Assembly (NCBI GenBank): GCA_951406725.2
Contig: OX597816.1
Coordinates: 48,050,001-48,114,000 of the forward strand
Reading direction: 5' to 3'
DNA: 64,000 nucleotides
Origin: Octopus vulgaris
Taxonomy: Eukaryota
The notes under the pieces: generated by a model
What the model was told of the DNA's origin: nothing
Seen by the model: only the letters and a program-made list of their open reading frames with translations
Databases searched by the model: none
Shown: positions 25,090 through 39,866 of the stretch, in pieces
Layout of the letters: each line of letters opens with the position of its first letter
Numbering within the stretch: position 1 is the stretch's first letter
Program-made: the position numbers and the translations under genes

Positions 25090-26682
25090 TATGTGTGCGT
25101 GTGTGTGTGTATATTTATGGATCTATACATTTATGCGCTCACACAGTGTAAGGCAGGAAACAGGTATATTGAAATTATTCAGAGGAGGAAAAAAGAAAAC
25201 AGGAATAAACAGAGAAGTAATAAAAGAGAACGGTCCGTAACGTCGGAAAACTATTAGAATGCAAGCATGGGTGAGTGTGAGATAAAAAGAGAGAGTGAGA
25301 GAGGAGAGAAGAGAGACGGAGAAAGAGAGAGAGAGAGAGATAAAATAATCGAAGATTAACAAGTTTAATAGAAATGAATGAAATCAGAGCTGTCTTAAAG
25401 CCTTGTAGCCCTACCCACCGGCCAAAGTAATGCGCTGGAACTTAAAGAATTTATGACAATAAGCCACTGCATATACAGATTAGCTTCGGTCTCTAGATTC
25501 TGGGGCAGTCTTAAGTAGCATTAGGGCCTCCACCCCATGCAAAGCAATGCAGAGGGATGTATATTTATTTATTTATTGACAAAACCACAAGGTAATTCAT
25601 GTAAGCACTGAGTTCTTTAAACCGTGAGACGTACTGTGACCACGAGTCTCAAAGACGGCACTGAGTGAAAAGGAATTAGGAAAAGAAAGAGGTATTAACA
25701 ACCTCTATCTTTAACTCGTTTCAATCATTGGACTGCGGCCATACCATGCTGGGGGTTTAGTCGAGCAAATCAACCTCAGTACCGATTCTATCGCTTCTTT
25801 GCTGAACGTCTAAGTTACGGGGACGTAAACAAACCAACACCGGTTGAGAAGCGGTGAGGACACACACACACAATATATATATATATTTGTGTGTGTGTGC
25901 GTATGGCAGGCTTCCACACAGTTTCCGTCTGCCAAATTCATTCATAAGGCATTGGTCATCCCGGGGCTATAGTAGAATACATTTGCTTAAGATGCTGTGC
26001 AGTGGGACTGAACCTGAAACCAAGTGGTTTCAAAACGTTTTTTTGTTAATCACACAGTCAGGAATATAATGATAAAATGTAAATTGTGTTACTGTGTTTT
26101 TCGATAATTGTCATTTTTACTCGTTGAACATGTAAAGACTATAGATTTTTGAACTTGGACAGTGATGGCGTTCATTTCTAGTTGAGAAAAACTTTTGTTT
26201 TGAATAACATGAAAGACGCGAGCGGTTGATGAGAGGAAAAACTGAAGAATATTAAATTGCAGCAAATGGCACAGTGGTAAAGGTAATCGGACACAAATAA
26301 AATTGCTTCCATCTTCCTTTACGTTCTAAGTTCGATTCCCACTGAGGTCAAGTTTGCTATTTATCCTTCCGCCTTGATTGAAATAAAGCATCAGTCAAAT
26401 GTTATATTTCTATAATGCGTATTTTTGAATACGAATGGAATTCTATAGATTATTTTCAATAATTATAGTTCAGCATGTTGCCTGCCCTCATATATCCTCA
26501 CAGGTGCATTTGTTTCCTCATAATTTTCTTTACAATGCCTTTACTTGTTTCATTCAGAGGCTGTGGCCATACCGAAGCACTGTCATTAACTTCTCTTTTT
26601 CTGTTGCAATGAAATTTTGTAACGATACGATTGTGATGAAACTTTTTAAAAAGACCCATTATATATATATTATATGTATATA

Positions 26683-26741
<59 letters not shown>

Positions 26742-26758
26742 ATGTATATATATGTATG

Positions 26759-26795
<37 letters not shown>

Positions 26796-26992
26796 ATATT
26801 TCGATTCAGAAAGGAAAGAAGTCTATATCTCAAACAATTAGCACATTGTTCAGGAAACACACACACATACACACGCAGAGGCGGCAAATTAGCCTAATCG
26901 TTAGCACGCCGGACAAAATGTTTGGTGACATTTCGTCTGGCTGTACATTGTGAGTTCAAATGCTACCGATGTCAATCTTTGTTTATTTCTTT

Positions 26993-27222
26993 TTATTTCT
27001 TTATTGCCCACGAGCTAAACATGGAGGGGACAAACAAGGACAGACAAAGGGATTAAGTTGATAACATCGACCCCAGTGCCAAACTGGTACTTATTTAATC
27101 GACCCCGAAAGGATGAAAGGCAAAGTCGACCTCAGCAGAATTTGAACTCAGAACGTAACGGCAGACGAAACACCGCTAAGCACTTCGCCCGAAATGCTAA
27201 CGATTCTACCAGTTCGCCGCCC
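26993..27222 (-). mobile_element. SINE family B (Nin/Deu-like). Other copies: 41729-41939-, 45351-45689-, 51977-52188+, 58006-58145-
   Basis: Reverse complement ggcggcgaactgg...gttcaaattc...aggtcgactttgcctttcatcctttcggggtcga...aagtaccag. Confidence 0.8.
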
Positions 27223-27745
27223 TCTGTCGATCTTTGTTTAGGCGCAGGTGTGGCTGTGTGTTAAAAAGTTTCCCTCCCAACTACATGGATCCGGGTTCAG
27301 TCCAACAGCATGGTACCTTAGCCTCTCATCGGGCTGACTAAAACCTTAGACGGAAACTGAAAGGCGCCCGTCATATATGTATATATCATATATGTATATA
27401 TCTGTGCGTGTGTGTGACTCTGTGTGTGTGTGACTCTGTGTCTCTTTGCTCCCAACACTGTGTTGGTGTGGTTCGGAAAAAAAGACCGATAAAATAAGTA
27501 CCAGGCTTGAATATCAAAATACGTAGTGGAGTTAAATCATTCAACTAAAAATTCTTCAGGGCAGTGCCCTTGCATAGGCGCAGTCTAGCGGCAAGTAAAA
27601 TGTAAACGATTCATACACACACATTTTGAATCTGACATTATTCTGATACATTGTTTATTATCAGCATTAAATTAGGAAGGAACGATAAAAAAAGTTAATG
27701 CTTAAACCTACAAATCGAAAGTATTTTAAAATGAGATAGAAAACT

Positions 27746-27778
<33 letters not shown>

Positions 27779-27936
27779 AATGGATGAATGATAAAGGGTG
27801 AGATATATATAAAAAGCGAGAGAGGAGGGTTGACAGGTAGACAGACATAGGAGGGAGAGACAGAAAAAATTACATGTAAGACGAAAGGAATGGTGTACAT
27901 AAAGTTGATAAAACCCAAGACAAGGAAGATAGATAG

Positions 27937-27937
<1 letters not shown>

Positions 27938-27991
<54 letters not shown>

Positions 27992-28020
27992 CCTACCTAC
28001 CTACCTACCTACCTACCTAC

Positions 28021-28111
<91 letters not shown>
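27938..28111. repeat. (TATC)n/(TACC)n tetranucleotide microsatellite; complementary (GATA)n block at 29529-29735
   Basis: Directly visible. Confidence 0.95.
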
Positions 28112-28112
<1 letters not shown>

Positions 28113-28429
28113 GTGTGTGTGTGATGGAAGAGGGAAATATTGTGTGCGTTCATATGTACGTGATTATGTCTGAAAGTGAGATAAAACGAAGAGAAAAAAG
28201 AAGCGCAAGGGTGTAGAAAGATAGTGATAAATTGATGATGATGATGATAATGAGAGAGATAGAGAGATAAATAGAGAGAGAGGGAATCAGAGAGAGAGAG
28301 AGACACACACACACACACACACATACACACACAAATGTGTGAAAGAACGAGAAATAAAAGAAAGTATTGATACTAGATTGGGTTTTTGCGTGCCTGCGCA
28401 TAAAGAATATATATATATTTGTGCGTGTG

Positions 28430-28472
<43 letters not shown>

Positions 28473-28649
28473 GATAGGTAGATAGGTAAGTAGGTATAAA
28501 AATAAATAGATGAAAGTGAATAAAAACATAAACAAAGCAGAAAAAGAAAAGAGAAAGAGTTATTCTCGTAACTATTCCAAAGGTCGAGATTATTTTGTAG
28601 TTGGTTTTGAGAGGTTGACAGAGAAAAGCTTGAAAGACAGAGTGACGGA

Positions 28650-28702
<53 letters not shown>

Positions 28703-29230
28703 GAGAGAGAATAAGGACAAACTTATAAGCGAAATAGTAATAGAGAAAGAGTGAGAGAGAGAGAGAGAGAGAGAGACAGACAAACAAACAGGGAGGGGAG
28801 GGAGGGAGAAAGAAAGAAAAGAGAAAGTAACATTAGTGAGAGGCAAAAAAGATGTAATTATTTGAAACGGAAAGAGTTAACTGAGACGAGACTTCATATT
28901 TCATTGAAAGAATTTCCCCCTTGGTGAAAAGAAAGTACCAGCTGTGGGCAACACAGACACACACACACACACATGTGTGTGTATGTGTGTGTGTGTGTGT
29001 GCGTGTGTGCATGTGGAGAAAGACGTTCACCTATGCATCTGCAAACGAGAAACTCCGAGTTGCAGCTCAAGTAAACTCAGCTTCCAAATAAATAATGCTA
29101 TCCTACTATATACCAAACATTATTGAGTATTATTTTTCCCGCTTAATTATATCTCACACCGGCATGTACCGACAATAATATATATATAAGCGCACACACA
29201 CACATACATGTGTGTCTATCTATCTATTTA

Positions 29231-29272
<42 letters not shown>

Positions 29273-29538
29273 AAAGAATGTATGTCTCATTGTATGTGTG
29301 TGTGTGTCTGTGCGCTGCTGCGCGCGCGCGCGTGTAAACAAATGTTTCACTTTTCATAATCTGAAGAATGGTAACGAGAAACTTAAACTCTGAGTAACGA
29401 CCTATAAACTTTCAGCTGCCAATAAATTACAACCACCCTCGCAATCAGACATACGTACACATACACTCGCATACATACAAACATACATACGCACACACTT
29501 ATACATATACATAGTGAAAGTGTGAGAGATAGACAGAC

Positions 29539-29612
<74 letters not shown>

Positions 29613-29702
29613 CTAGATGACAGACAGACATATAGATAGATAGATAAATAGATAGATAGACAGATAGATAAATAGATAGATAGAAAGATAGACAGACAAA
29701 CG

Positions 29703-29735
<33 letters not shown>

Positions 29736-29801
29736 GTGGATACATACATAGAGGAAGAGAGATAAATTGATAGAAAGATTGACAGTTATATATATAGATT
29801 T

Positions 29802-29847
<46 letters not shown>

Positions 29848-30948
29848 ATGAACGACACCTTAACCAAGTTGTAACAAGTTAAAGCGAGAGAGTAAATTCT
29901 ATCACTTGGTTGTTAACCAACAGAACTCAAACCACAGCAACACTAAACGGCAGCAACAAAACACAGCAACCGTATCTTCAAAACAGACACCAACCAACTC
30001 CAACAGTCAAAAGAACGCTTACTAAAAGAAAGGAGGAAAAAAAAAAAAAGAAAAATCAGGCAAAGCACCACACCATAACTGTAGTTGCACACACCTCCGC
30101 CTTTTTTCTTCTTAGTAATTGCAATTAGTAAAAAGCAATTACCCACACACAATAACTTCCAGTAAAAAAAATATATATAATGAATAAGCATGAAAAAAAT
30201 AACTGTTTTTAATATAAGCGCAAGACTTGAAATTTGAAGGAGGGAAAAAAAGAGAGAGAGAGAAAGAGAAAGGGAAAGAGGAAGTTAGTCGATTAAATCG
30301 GGCCCCGAATAGTTGATTGGTACTGTTATTTTATCGATCCGATCTCCTCTTCTCTGGAAAAAGAGATGAAAGGCGAAGTTCATCTCGGCTGGAATTGAAC
30401 TCAGACATGTGAAGTGAAGTGGTGTTGGTGTGCCGTCGCTAAAAATAAATAAATAAATAAATACCGCATGGCAATTTTTTTTTTTTCCAACGCTCTAAGA
30501 ACGATTCTTTTACTATTATAAAAACTCAGAGAAATACGAAACACAAAAATAAATAAATGAAATAAAATAAAAATAAAAACCAAACGCCAATAATATCAAC
30601 CAGTAGCAGCAGCAGCAACAATAACAACAATAATAACACGAGCATTAGCAACAACATCACAACACAACAAACCAGCCTACAACAGTAACAACATCAATAA
30701 CCTTATAACATCACCACCACAACCACCACCACCACTATCATTACGACGGCTACCACTGTTGCTTCACAACCGGACATTACTCTCAACTTTTACTTTGATT
30801 TCTTAGGAATATCTCCCTCCTCTCATTCTTTTTCACTTTTATTTATGTATTTCATTTTCCCCCTCACTATTTTCAATTTTCATTTTATCTGTTAAGCGAG
30901 AAACCAGGAACTTATCTATCAACATCGGCTGGATTGAACGGGCTTTTT

Positions 30949-30957
30949 ACTTACCAT
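30949..30957 (-). other. Candidate start codon directly followed by a 5' splice site (ATG|GTAAGT)
   Basis: The minus strand reads ctttcaaATG|GTAAGTaaaaag, a perfect donor consensus within the CpG-retaining domain. No partner exon identified. Confidence 0.3.
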
Positions 30958-31014
30958 TTGAAAGGATTATCGCTATATTATAATTTAATATTAATTTAAT
31001 TGTTAAGAATATTG

Positions 31015-31047
<33 letters not shown>

Positions 31048-33558
31048 TCACACACACCAAACACACGTACACTATATATATATATAGGCATATACACACA
31101 CACACACACGTATATACATGCACATACGTATACACTAACAACAGCTTCCTCCTTACACATTAACCCTCCCTCACTCATACAAACGCACGCACACACACAC
31201 ACACAGATATATATATATATACACACACGCGCGCTCACATACATACATACGAATACGTAGATCCACACATACATAAATTCACAAATACATACACATACAC
31301 ATATATGTTTTTATATTCATTCTATGTGCTAAACATTGGAGACTATCTACGACGATGATGAACCGGTGTAAAGACACCAAGATACCCCCCCAGAGGGGTG
31401 AAAAGGGGTAAGAATAACAATTTTGTTTGCTTCTGTGTTGTTGGTCTTGTGTTTTGGAAGCGTGTTGGTTCCTGTAAAACAGCTCACAGAACGCTGTTTC
31501 GGGTGGGTTTGCCAGTATATGGCTACTCATGTGCTATGTATGTATGGGGCGTACGTATAGATTTTATTACACACACGCACGCACACCTATATATATATAC
31601 ATATATAGTCTTATACACACACATACATGCATATGTGTAAATATACGCGCATACTCTTTTAAACGTATGCATACATACTCTGTCACACACACGATATATC
31701 TATCTATCTATCTATCTATCTATACATATATACACTCACACACACACACTATCGTACGAATGCATACATACTGTCACACACGCTCACATATACATAGTCT
31801 ACCACATACACATACATACTCTGTCGTACGCACATTTGCAGAGTGTCACACACAAACACACACTATCGTGCATACTCCATCGCACATATGTATACATATT
31901 CTATCGTACGTTTGTATACATTGTCTATCGCACACATGCATATATATATATGCATATATATATATATATATATATATATCGCACATATACATACTCTCAC
32001 ACATATACATACTCTCATGTACTCATACGTACAAACTGTCTCACACACACACACGTACATATGCACGCACGCATTGGTGCTTGTGTACGTGTTTGGTGCA
32101 CGTACACATGTTCAAACCGCAGCAACCTCATATATATATATATCATTGACGCACACTTAAAAAGTAAGGTACTAGTACCAAAAAGGTAAACCTAAAACAA
32201 CTGATTTCCGTCAATTTTGTTGAAGGGTATTCTAAGTTCAGGGCGACTTACTCATTAATTTAACTGCCGAATGACTGAGCATTGCACAGATACGCGAATC
32301 CTTAATTTAAATTGCCTGTTAAAAATCAATGATTCAATGTAGGAAAGCCGGTCCCTTTAGTTTAACCGAATTATATAGTCCCGCCACACAGCTTCCACTC
32401 GGAGGTTTTGGGAGAGACACTTTCCAGAAATATCATACAGTAGGGAATCGAACACAAGACGAACTGCTTGTGAAGCATTGGCTATAGCACGCTTAGTATG
32501 TAATGTGAGCACGTACATTGTTCAGGACCCAAGTGAGCCCTTGTCGTGCGAATCTTTCGATCAAACGTTACAGCTAGTTAACTTGTCTTTAGCACATCTC
32601 GGAGTATTGTGTATAATATTTCCTTTCCTTTTTGGTGACTATAGTGGGATTTCATGCAGATTTAGCTGCTATTTCTAGCACGCCGCGCTACTAAATAAAG
32701 GTACCTTCGATGGTTTGTCACAGGTATTCGAAGCATGTTTGAAAGATTTTCATCGTGTTTAGTGGAGAGACGTTTGAATGAACACATGTACACGCTAATA
32801 TATACAAGTAAAAAAAAGAGCAAATAATGCCAAACGCCTAATATTTTGGGACATGGGTTTTAGGCGATATGATCGACCCCCAATATCTGACTGGAGTACA
32901 GAAGGATGAGAAGCGAAGTCGAATCGCCCGTTAAAATAACAACCGGAGAGGGAACATCTGAGGCCATCTATCCCGCTCTATTAAAAATACCCTATCGTTT
33001 TAAGGTAGGGCATCTTCGATAATAGCTTGAAAGAATTTTTCGGGCTGGAACGCCTTTAATCACTGGTCAGTTTGATGTGAGCTGGCCTGTGGTTAAACAC
33101 GGACAAATAGTAACTACATCGCTTGTATATGTGTATATGTGCGTTTTTTTTTGTGTGTTTTTTTGTTGTTTTTTCGTGTACCACAAATAAATACAACGCA
33201 CGCGCAGACACGGAACACGCAAAAAACCCCCAGAAAAATAAGGTTATCAGCTGTTTAATGGCCTGGATGAATTAATGCATATGCGTGAGTGTTTGTGTAT
33301 TTAATACAATATATATATGTTTGTGTCTGTACACACCACCACCACCGCTTCGTCAACCGGTGCTGGTTTGTTTACGTCCCCTTAACATAGCTGTTCGACG
33401 ATAGAGACCGATAGAATAAACGTTAGGTTTCAAAATAAGTTCTGGGGTTGATTTGTTTACTAAACTCTTCAATGCAGTGCCCTCGTATGGTCGCAATCCA
33501 ATGACTGGAACTAAAATACAATATATATATATACATACATACATATATATATACATAA

Positions 33559-33612
<54 letters not shown>

Positions 33613-34106
33613 ACAGCGAGAGAGAGATGTGTGTATTTGTGTGTGTTTTACACAGTCTATGTGTACAAATTCCAAAGTCCCATCACTTCTGGTTTGAAGT
33701 CAATAGGGGTACATTTTTTATCAGCCTTAACGTAGAACATCCATACATATATATTTATTCGTTGTTCGTTTTACATTTCGGCGTCTTTCCTATAAATTTA
33801 GTCGTGTGTGCCCACTCTAGTTATTTTCTTCTTTTCTCTTCATCTCTGTGTCGTGTTCATTCAACACCTTGTCAGGTGTGAAGTCATATCTTACAGGTGT
33901 GAAAGTGAGGTGGCCGAATGGATAAGTTACTGGACAATATTGTCTCGCTATAGGATACAGGTTCGAGTGCAATGTGCAGGCGTTTCGTTTTGTTTCTGTA
34001 CAGGCGACTTCAGTTTACATCGCCTCTGTTGACTTAGTTACCTATGTGATGATATGCCGACGTCGTCGCCAAAAGGAGAAAAGTGGAGTTTTGGAATAGT
34101 TCTCCT

Positions 34107-34301
34107 TCGAAGTTCCATACCTCATGGACTATGAAGAGTAGTTTTTTTTTCTTTCATTTTTCAGTGTCCCTGTATTTCATAGAACAGACATTACTATTCC
34201 GAAAACATTATTTCTACTATTTAAGAAACAAAAAATTACATTTTTGTTCCCACCCCGACTTCTGTACCTCTTTTCTTTCCCACGAGGTATGGAAATTTGA
34301 A
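34107..34301. mobile_element. Small MITE-like inverted repeat
   Basis: ttcgaagttccatacctcatgg / ccacgaggtatggaaatttgaa. Confidence 0.55.
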
Positions 34302-35271
34302 TATCAGCTATTCCAGTATTCCGCCTGGAGAAATTTATTTTGTTTTCTTTCCTCTTAGAAAACAGGGAGCCTCTATCCAGCTGCTCGACTGTCTAGAAAT
34401 AGTAGCTAAGTATCTCCAAAATTACACTCTGTTGTCTCCTGCGTGAGAAGTATTTTACATATGCAGTCCTACATTTATTGCTTTGGAAAATAAAGTGAAA
34501 TACAACGACAGCCGACTTGAAATCAGAAGTGTGCAAACCAGACCTCCAAAGCCTTTCCGGGGAAGAAATTTACAAATTCGAGCCCCAAACAAGTGTTTGC
34601 CAACCTCCACTTCTCCGCGATCACCTTTTTATTTCATATTTTGAAGTATCTCGTTTGTCTATATAATACCTTACCTACTCTGTCTATTCTTATCTTAAGC
34701 ATGTTTTCTTTATCGTTTTCACCTATGTGAACACGCCTCAACTTGTCTTGGCTGGATATCACGAAACTAGTCACATTCTTAAAACAGTAACACTTCCTGA
34801 AACACACGAAACGATATCATCATGATATCAAAACAATATATTCTCACTAAACACCAAAACTGCTCTGTGTCACGTCAAGCGGATATGCGATTCTCTTCCT
34901 GGATAAATATGTCAATAATATAATAACCGGCAACATACCCAAAATAGTATTAGGTGAGCTGGGACACACAGAATTTAGAATTAGGTGGTGGATTAGCAGA
35001 AACTTTAGTGTTAGGCGACATGCCTGTTGCATTCAGTTTATGGTCCTTTACGTTCTGGGTTCGAATTCCGCTGAATGCACGTTTACCTTCCATCTGACAG
35101 ATTCAGTTGAATATTCTTATAAGGCATTTTAGATCTTTCCCCGTTCATTTACGTGGAAGCAGACAAACCAACATCGGTTGTCAAAATACTTGCATGTACA
35201 TACACACACACACACATCAGTATATTGGATATATGTTATCCCATGGAGGGTTGAATTTACAACCCCTATCT

Positions 35272-35312
<41 letters not shown>

Positions 35313-36875
35313 ACGGGCTTCTTTGAGTTTCCGTCTACCAAATCCACTCATGAGGATTTAGTCAGCCTGGGACTATGACAGAAGACACTTGCCCAAGGTG
35401 TCACGCTGCGGGACTGAACCCGGAACTACATGGTTGGGAAGCAAACTTCTTGCCACACAGCCACACCAGGAATTTATATAGAAACGTAAAGAAAAAACAA
35501 AACTTTGTATAGTGGGAAGTTGTACAATCCATGCGGAACACACGAGAACGCAAAAGAATAAGAAACAATAATTCGTTGTGGCATACATATCTTATTCAGC
35601 AATTTCGTTCTCTCTCCATGAAGACATATATACACATACATATCACTATATATATATATATCTTTTATTTTGTTTTAGTCATCAGACCGCGGCCATACTG
35701 GAGCACCGCCTTGAAGAAATTTAGCTGAAAGTATCAACTTGTGTAGTTATTTGGGTAAATTTGGGGAAGTACACACGCACGCGTTTCACTAAGAAAAAAG
35801 AAAAAAAAAACCTCTGTGGAATCATTTGTTAAAGCCTAGTACTTATTCCATCGATTTATTTTGCCGAACCGCTCAGTTACGGGGGTCGTAGACACACCAA
35901 CACAGCTTGTCAAGCGGTGGTGGGACACACACACACAAATACACACACGTGTGCTTGTCCCTACCACCGCTTGACAAGCGTGTGTGTGTATATACATATA
36001 TGTATGTATGTATGTATACGTACATATATATGTGTGTGTGTGTGTATATATATATATATGTGTGTGTGTATATATATATATGTGTGTGTATATATATATA
36101 TGTGTGTGTGTGTGTATATATATATATGTGTGTATATATGTGTGTGTGTATATATATGTGTGTGTGTGTATATATATATGTGTGTGTATATATATATGTA
36201 TATACATATGTGTGTATGTATACATACATACATACATACATATATATATATAAGTGTGCTTGTCCCCCACCACCGCTTGACAAGCGTGTGTATATATGCC
36301 GGGTTTCTTTCAGTTTCCGTCGAGCAAATACACTCACAAGACTTCCGTCAGCCCGAGGTTATGGAAGATAATTGCCCAGTTGTCACGCAGTGTGACTGAA
36401 CCCGGAACTACGTAGATACAAAGCAGACCTCTTACCGCTCCTCTCGGTATTGTGGTTAAGAAGCTCGCTTGGCAACCACGTGTTTCGAGTTCATTGATTC
36501 ATTGGGCTAGGCTTTTCTACTGTAGCCCCGAACCAACTGATGCCTTGTCGGTGAATTTGGTTGACGGAGACGGTGCGGAAGCCTGACGTGTGTGTCTGTG
36601 TGTGCGTGCGTAATATAATATGCAGGTGCAAAATATAGACAAAGGTAAAGCGCGGTGGTGTGCTCGTGTTATATATATATATATATGTATGTATGCATGT
36701 ATATGTATGTATGTACGTATGTATGTATGTATGTATATGTAATATATATACCTTGTACACACACACACGTACGATGTAACAACTCTTCCTTTCTTGATAC
36801 AAATGTATACACAAGTTTATACATATGATATAAATATATATATATATACATATATGTGTGTGTTTAAAGTAATAT

Positions 36876-38010
36876 ACAGGGCGCAAGACGTATTTGATGA
36901 TGCATTTTGAAATTTATTGAAACAACTGTTGTCTTGCATAAACCAAATGTATTTTAATAAACACTTATGCTGACTTTCCCCATTAGCTGTTTTATAAGAT
37001 TATTCTATGAATCCGCCTTCAGTACAAGACTGCAATCGTTGACATGCGTGCACCAAATGATCCTGATGCTTTTCATGCATGACCTAGACAATGGCAGCCT
37101 TTTGTAAATTTGTGGTACTGTGAGGATGTTGATCTGCCCCCTTTTCAACAAACTTTCCAAACGTAGTAGTCCATGGGACTTTTTTAAATTGGCGAGTTTT
37201 GAGAGCACAAGCTTAGTGTTTACATGATCGTAAACGTTGGGTGACTTCCATTCTTAGGTTATGTAGGTTTTGTGAGAAAGGTGTTGAATCTTGTTGAAAC
37301 ACGTATTGCTTTCCACTGCATTCTTGATCCATCTAGGACTTAACAACTGTCACCAGCATCTCATCGTATCCACTAGCATTAATTCTAAAACCCTGTGGAA
37401 AGATTTGCAGTGGCATGACATGACCTTCGTTATTATATACGGTGCAAGACGTCTTTGAGGACGCATTTGGTAATTTATTAACACACCTCTCGTCTTGCCT
37501 AAACCAAATTTATCTTAATGAGCATTTGTGCTTATGTTCCCGATAAACGTTTTTTTTTTAGAGTATTGTATGAATTCTAAACCATCACAGTTGCTGGAAA
37601 CTTATCATGCATCACTCTGGGGACATGAAAATTATATACATGTAACCGTCTATCATTTCTCCCGTTAGACTTTTGGCTTTGTCAAAGTTTTTCCCATCAA
37701 AGAAGCAAAGCATACTGCGACCATGAGGATTTTAACCTTGTTAAATAAACTGCATGGTACAGATCAAACGTGTTACCTGTGTCTTTGCAGACATGAATTT
37801 GCCTATTCTCATTCTATTCTCCTTCTATTTTGCCTATCCTCGTTCTATTCTCAATAGAATTTGCCTACTTTCATTGCATACAATTTGTATTGAATGTCCT
37901 CATCCACCAACATTTATGATCGTCTACTTTGACACCTGAAATTCTTTAGCAATGACCATCATTGGTTTTTTTTTTTTAGGAGTCCCCTCGATAATGTTTC
38001 GAACTCGTTG
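36876..38010 (-). mobile_element. Two adjacent decayed Tc1/mariner-superfamily (maT/DD37D-like) fragments
   Basis: Related ends tacagggcgcaagacgt (36875) and tacggtgcaagacgt (37438). Minus-strand FIQRVRNIIEGTPKK..M.VIAKEFQVSK (HTH) and a PMDY motif near 37165-37177. Confidence 0.55.
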
Positions 38011-38039
38011 GATGAATAGCTTTGTGCTTACATTGTCTG

Positions 38040-39310
38040 AATGTTTAGAGTATACTGTTCTATTTGATACAGTTGAAACATTCCTGGCAGAGGATTCCAT
38101 CTCCATCCAAACTTTGTGTCCAAAAGATCTTACAACATTTAGAAAGTTGGCAATTTCTGAATTTGGCAAAAATGATCAATGCCAGCATGTCTTTCCATTT
38201 CTTGTGTTAGCATTTGAGGTGTTGTCAGCAATTACTCTTAAGTCTCTGATGTTAAATATCACAAATGGTTCTCCTGAAAGAAGAGAGTTTAATTGTTTAA
38301 GTACATTCTCTATTCCAAAGAGCATGAGTTCAAATTTACCTTCAATTAGCAGCAGTTTTTCTTTTTTGTCTATCCATTGACCTATACCATATAGATCAAA
38401 CTGGAGTTTTGCTCGACCTCCTCGCCATTTTTAATTTTGTTAATCTTTATTTCATCTGCAAATATTTTGATTTTACTGTGCTTGGTGGCATCTGAGATGT
38501 CATTTATATAGACATTGAAAAGAAGTTGGCTCAATGCAGTCCCCTGGGGTATACCACTGGTGAGTTTTGCTGGGTTTGAGTAGATACCATCAGTCACACC
38601 ATGCTGGGCTCTATTCAAAAGAAAATACTTGAATTAGTGCAACAGCTTTTTATAGATCCCAAAATTGGTTAGTTTGAACAGTAAGATGTTGCTGACTATG
38701 TCAAAGACTTTGATGAAGTCAAGATATACAACATCAGTGTTTGAGCCTTCTTCCAAAGCGTTAAGGATGCCATCTAAATGATGTAGAAGCTAAAATAAGC
38801 AGTATCTGCCACAACAAAAGCTGTGCTGGTAGGACTCTAGGAAACTGTTGCTCTCCAGGAAGCCAGTTGTTTTTTGGTCTTAGTATCCTTTCAAATTCTT
38901 TGATGATATGAGAATTGAGTGAGATTGGGTGATAGTTAACTGCTAGTGACCTGTTTCCATTTTTGGAGAGTGGGATAACAAATTGGAAAACGAAATGAAT
39001 TTTAGTATAGAGCCTGTGTCTTGCAATTTTCTCCAGAGATTGGCTAGATGGAATGCAAACTGGTGTTTGCATTCCATCAGAACTTTATTAGGAAATCTAT
39101 CAAGGCTTACGGCAGATGTTTGATTTTGTTTATTACTGCAATGATGTCGAAGACACTGAAAATTGTGTTGATGATGTGTTAGGGGTTGACTTCATTCGAA
39201 TAGCCTAAGCCAACCTCAGTCGAATGGCTGAAAACAGAGCAATATTGTCTCTCCAAGATCTCCGCCATTTTTTCCCCATCATTTTAAAGAATGCTGTTAT
39301 CATCTATCAA
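38040..39310 (-). mobile_element. Decayed CR1/L2-type LINE reverse transcriptase region
   Basis: NYHPISLNSHIIKEFERIL, YLDFIKVFD, SGIPQGTALSQLLFNVYINDI and KIFADEIKI (FADD), with stops and frameshifts. Confidence 0.85.
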
Positions 39311-39506
39311 TGGACTTACGAGTGAGACTGCAGTCCTATGTTTATTGACAAATGAATAGAACACTTTTCGGTTGTGATGATTTTCTTAATAAACCACTCT
39401 TCCTCTACAGTCCTTTGATTGGTGATGTGTGGTTTTATGCTGTTCTGCACATGATATTTTCTCAATGCAAGTGTTCTTACTACTGTTGATTGTGTTGTGT
39501 TGCGTG

Positions 39507-39553
<47 letters not shown>

Positions 39554-39699
39554 ATGTGTATTTGAATTCCATTGATTGTAACTGTTTTGATCTTCATCTA
39601 TATTTCGAAATATCTTATATATTATGTATATATATCATGTATATAATTATATATAGTATATATTTTTTCTATCTGTCTATCTATATTATGCATAATGTG

Positions 39700-39866
39700 T
39701 GTGTGTACACACGCATCTCTCTCCAGTTTTTTCCTCTCTTTATCCTTTCTGTCGAAGAGAATAGGCTTGAAATGTAAAAGACTTTTCCATCTTCCCTGAG
39801 TGTTAAACAAATACACCTGCTTGTTGTTCCTACACCTGTCTTTGTCTTTTGTTTTCTGGAAATTTG

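Noticed and set aside
33909-33975. tRNA-like A/B boxes (tggccgaatgg...ggttcgagt)
   Set aside because: There is no cloverleaf, and it continues into SINE-like core sequence. The same applies to all SINE heads, so no tRNA genes are called.
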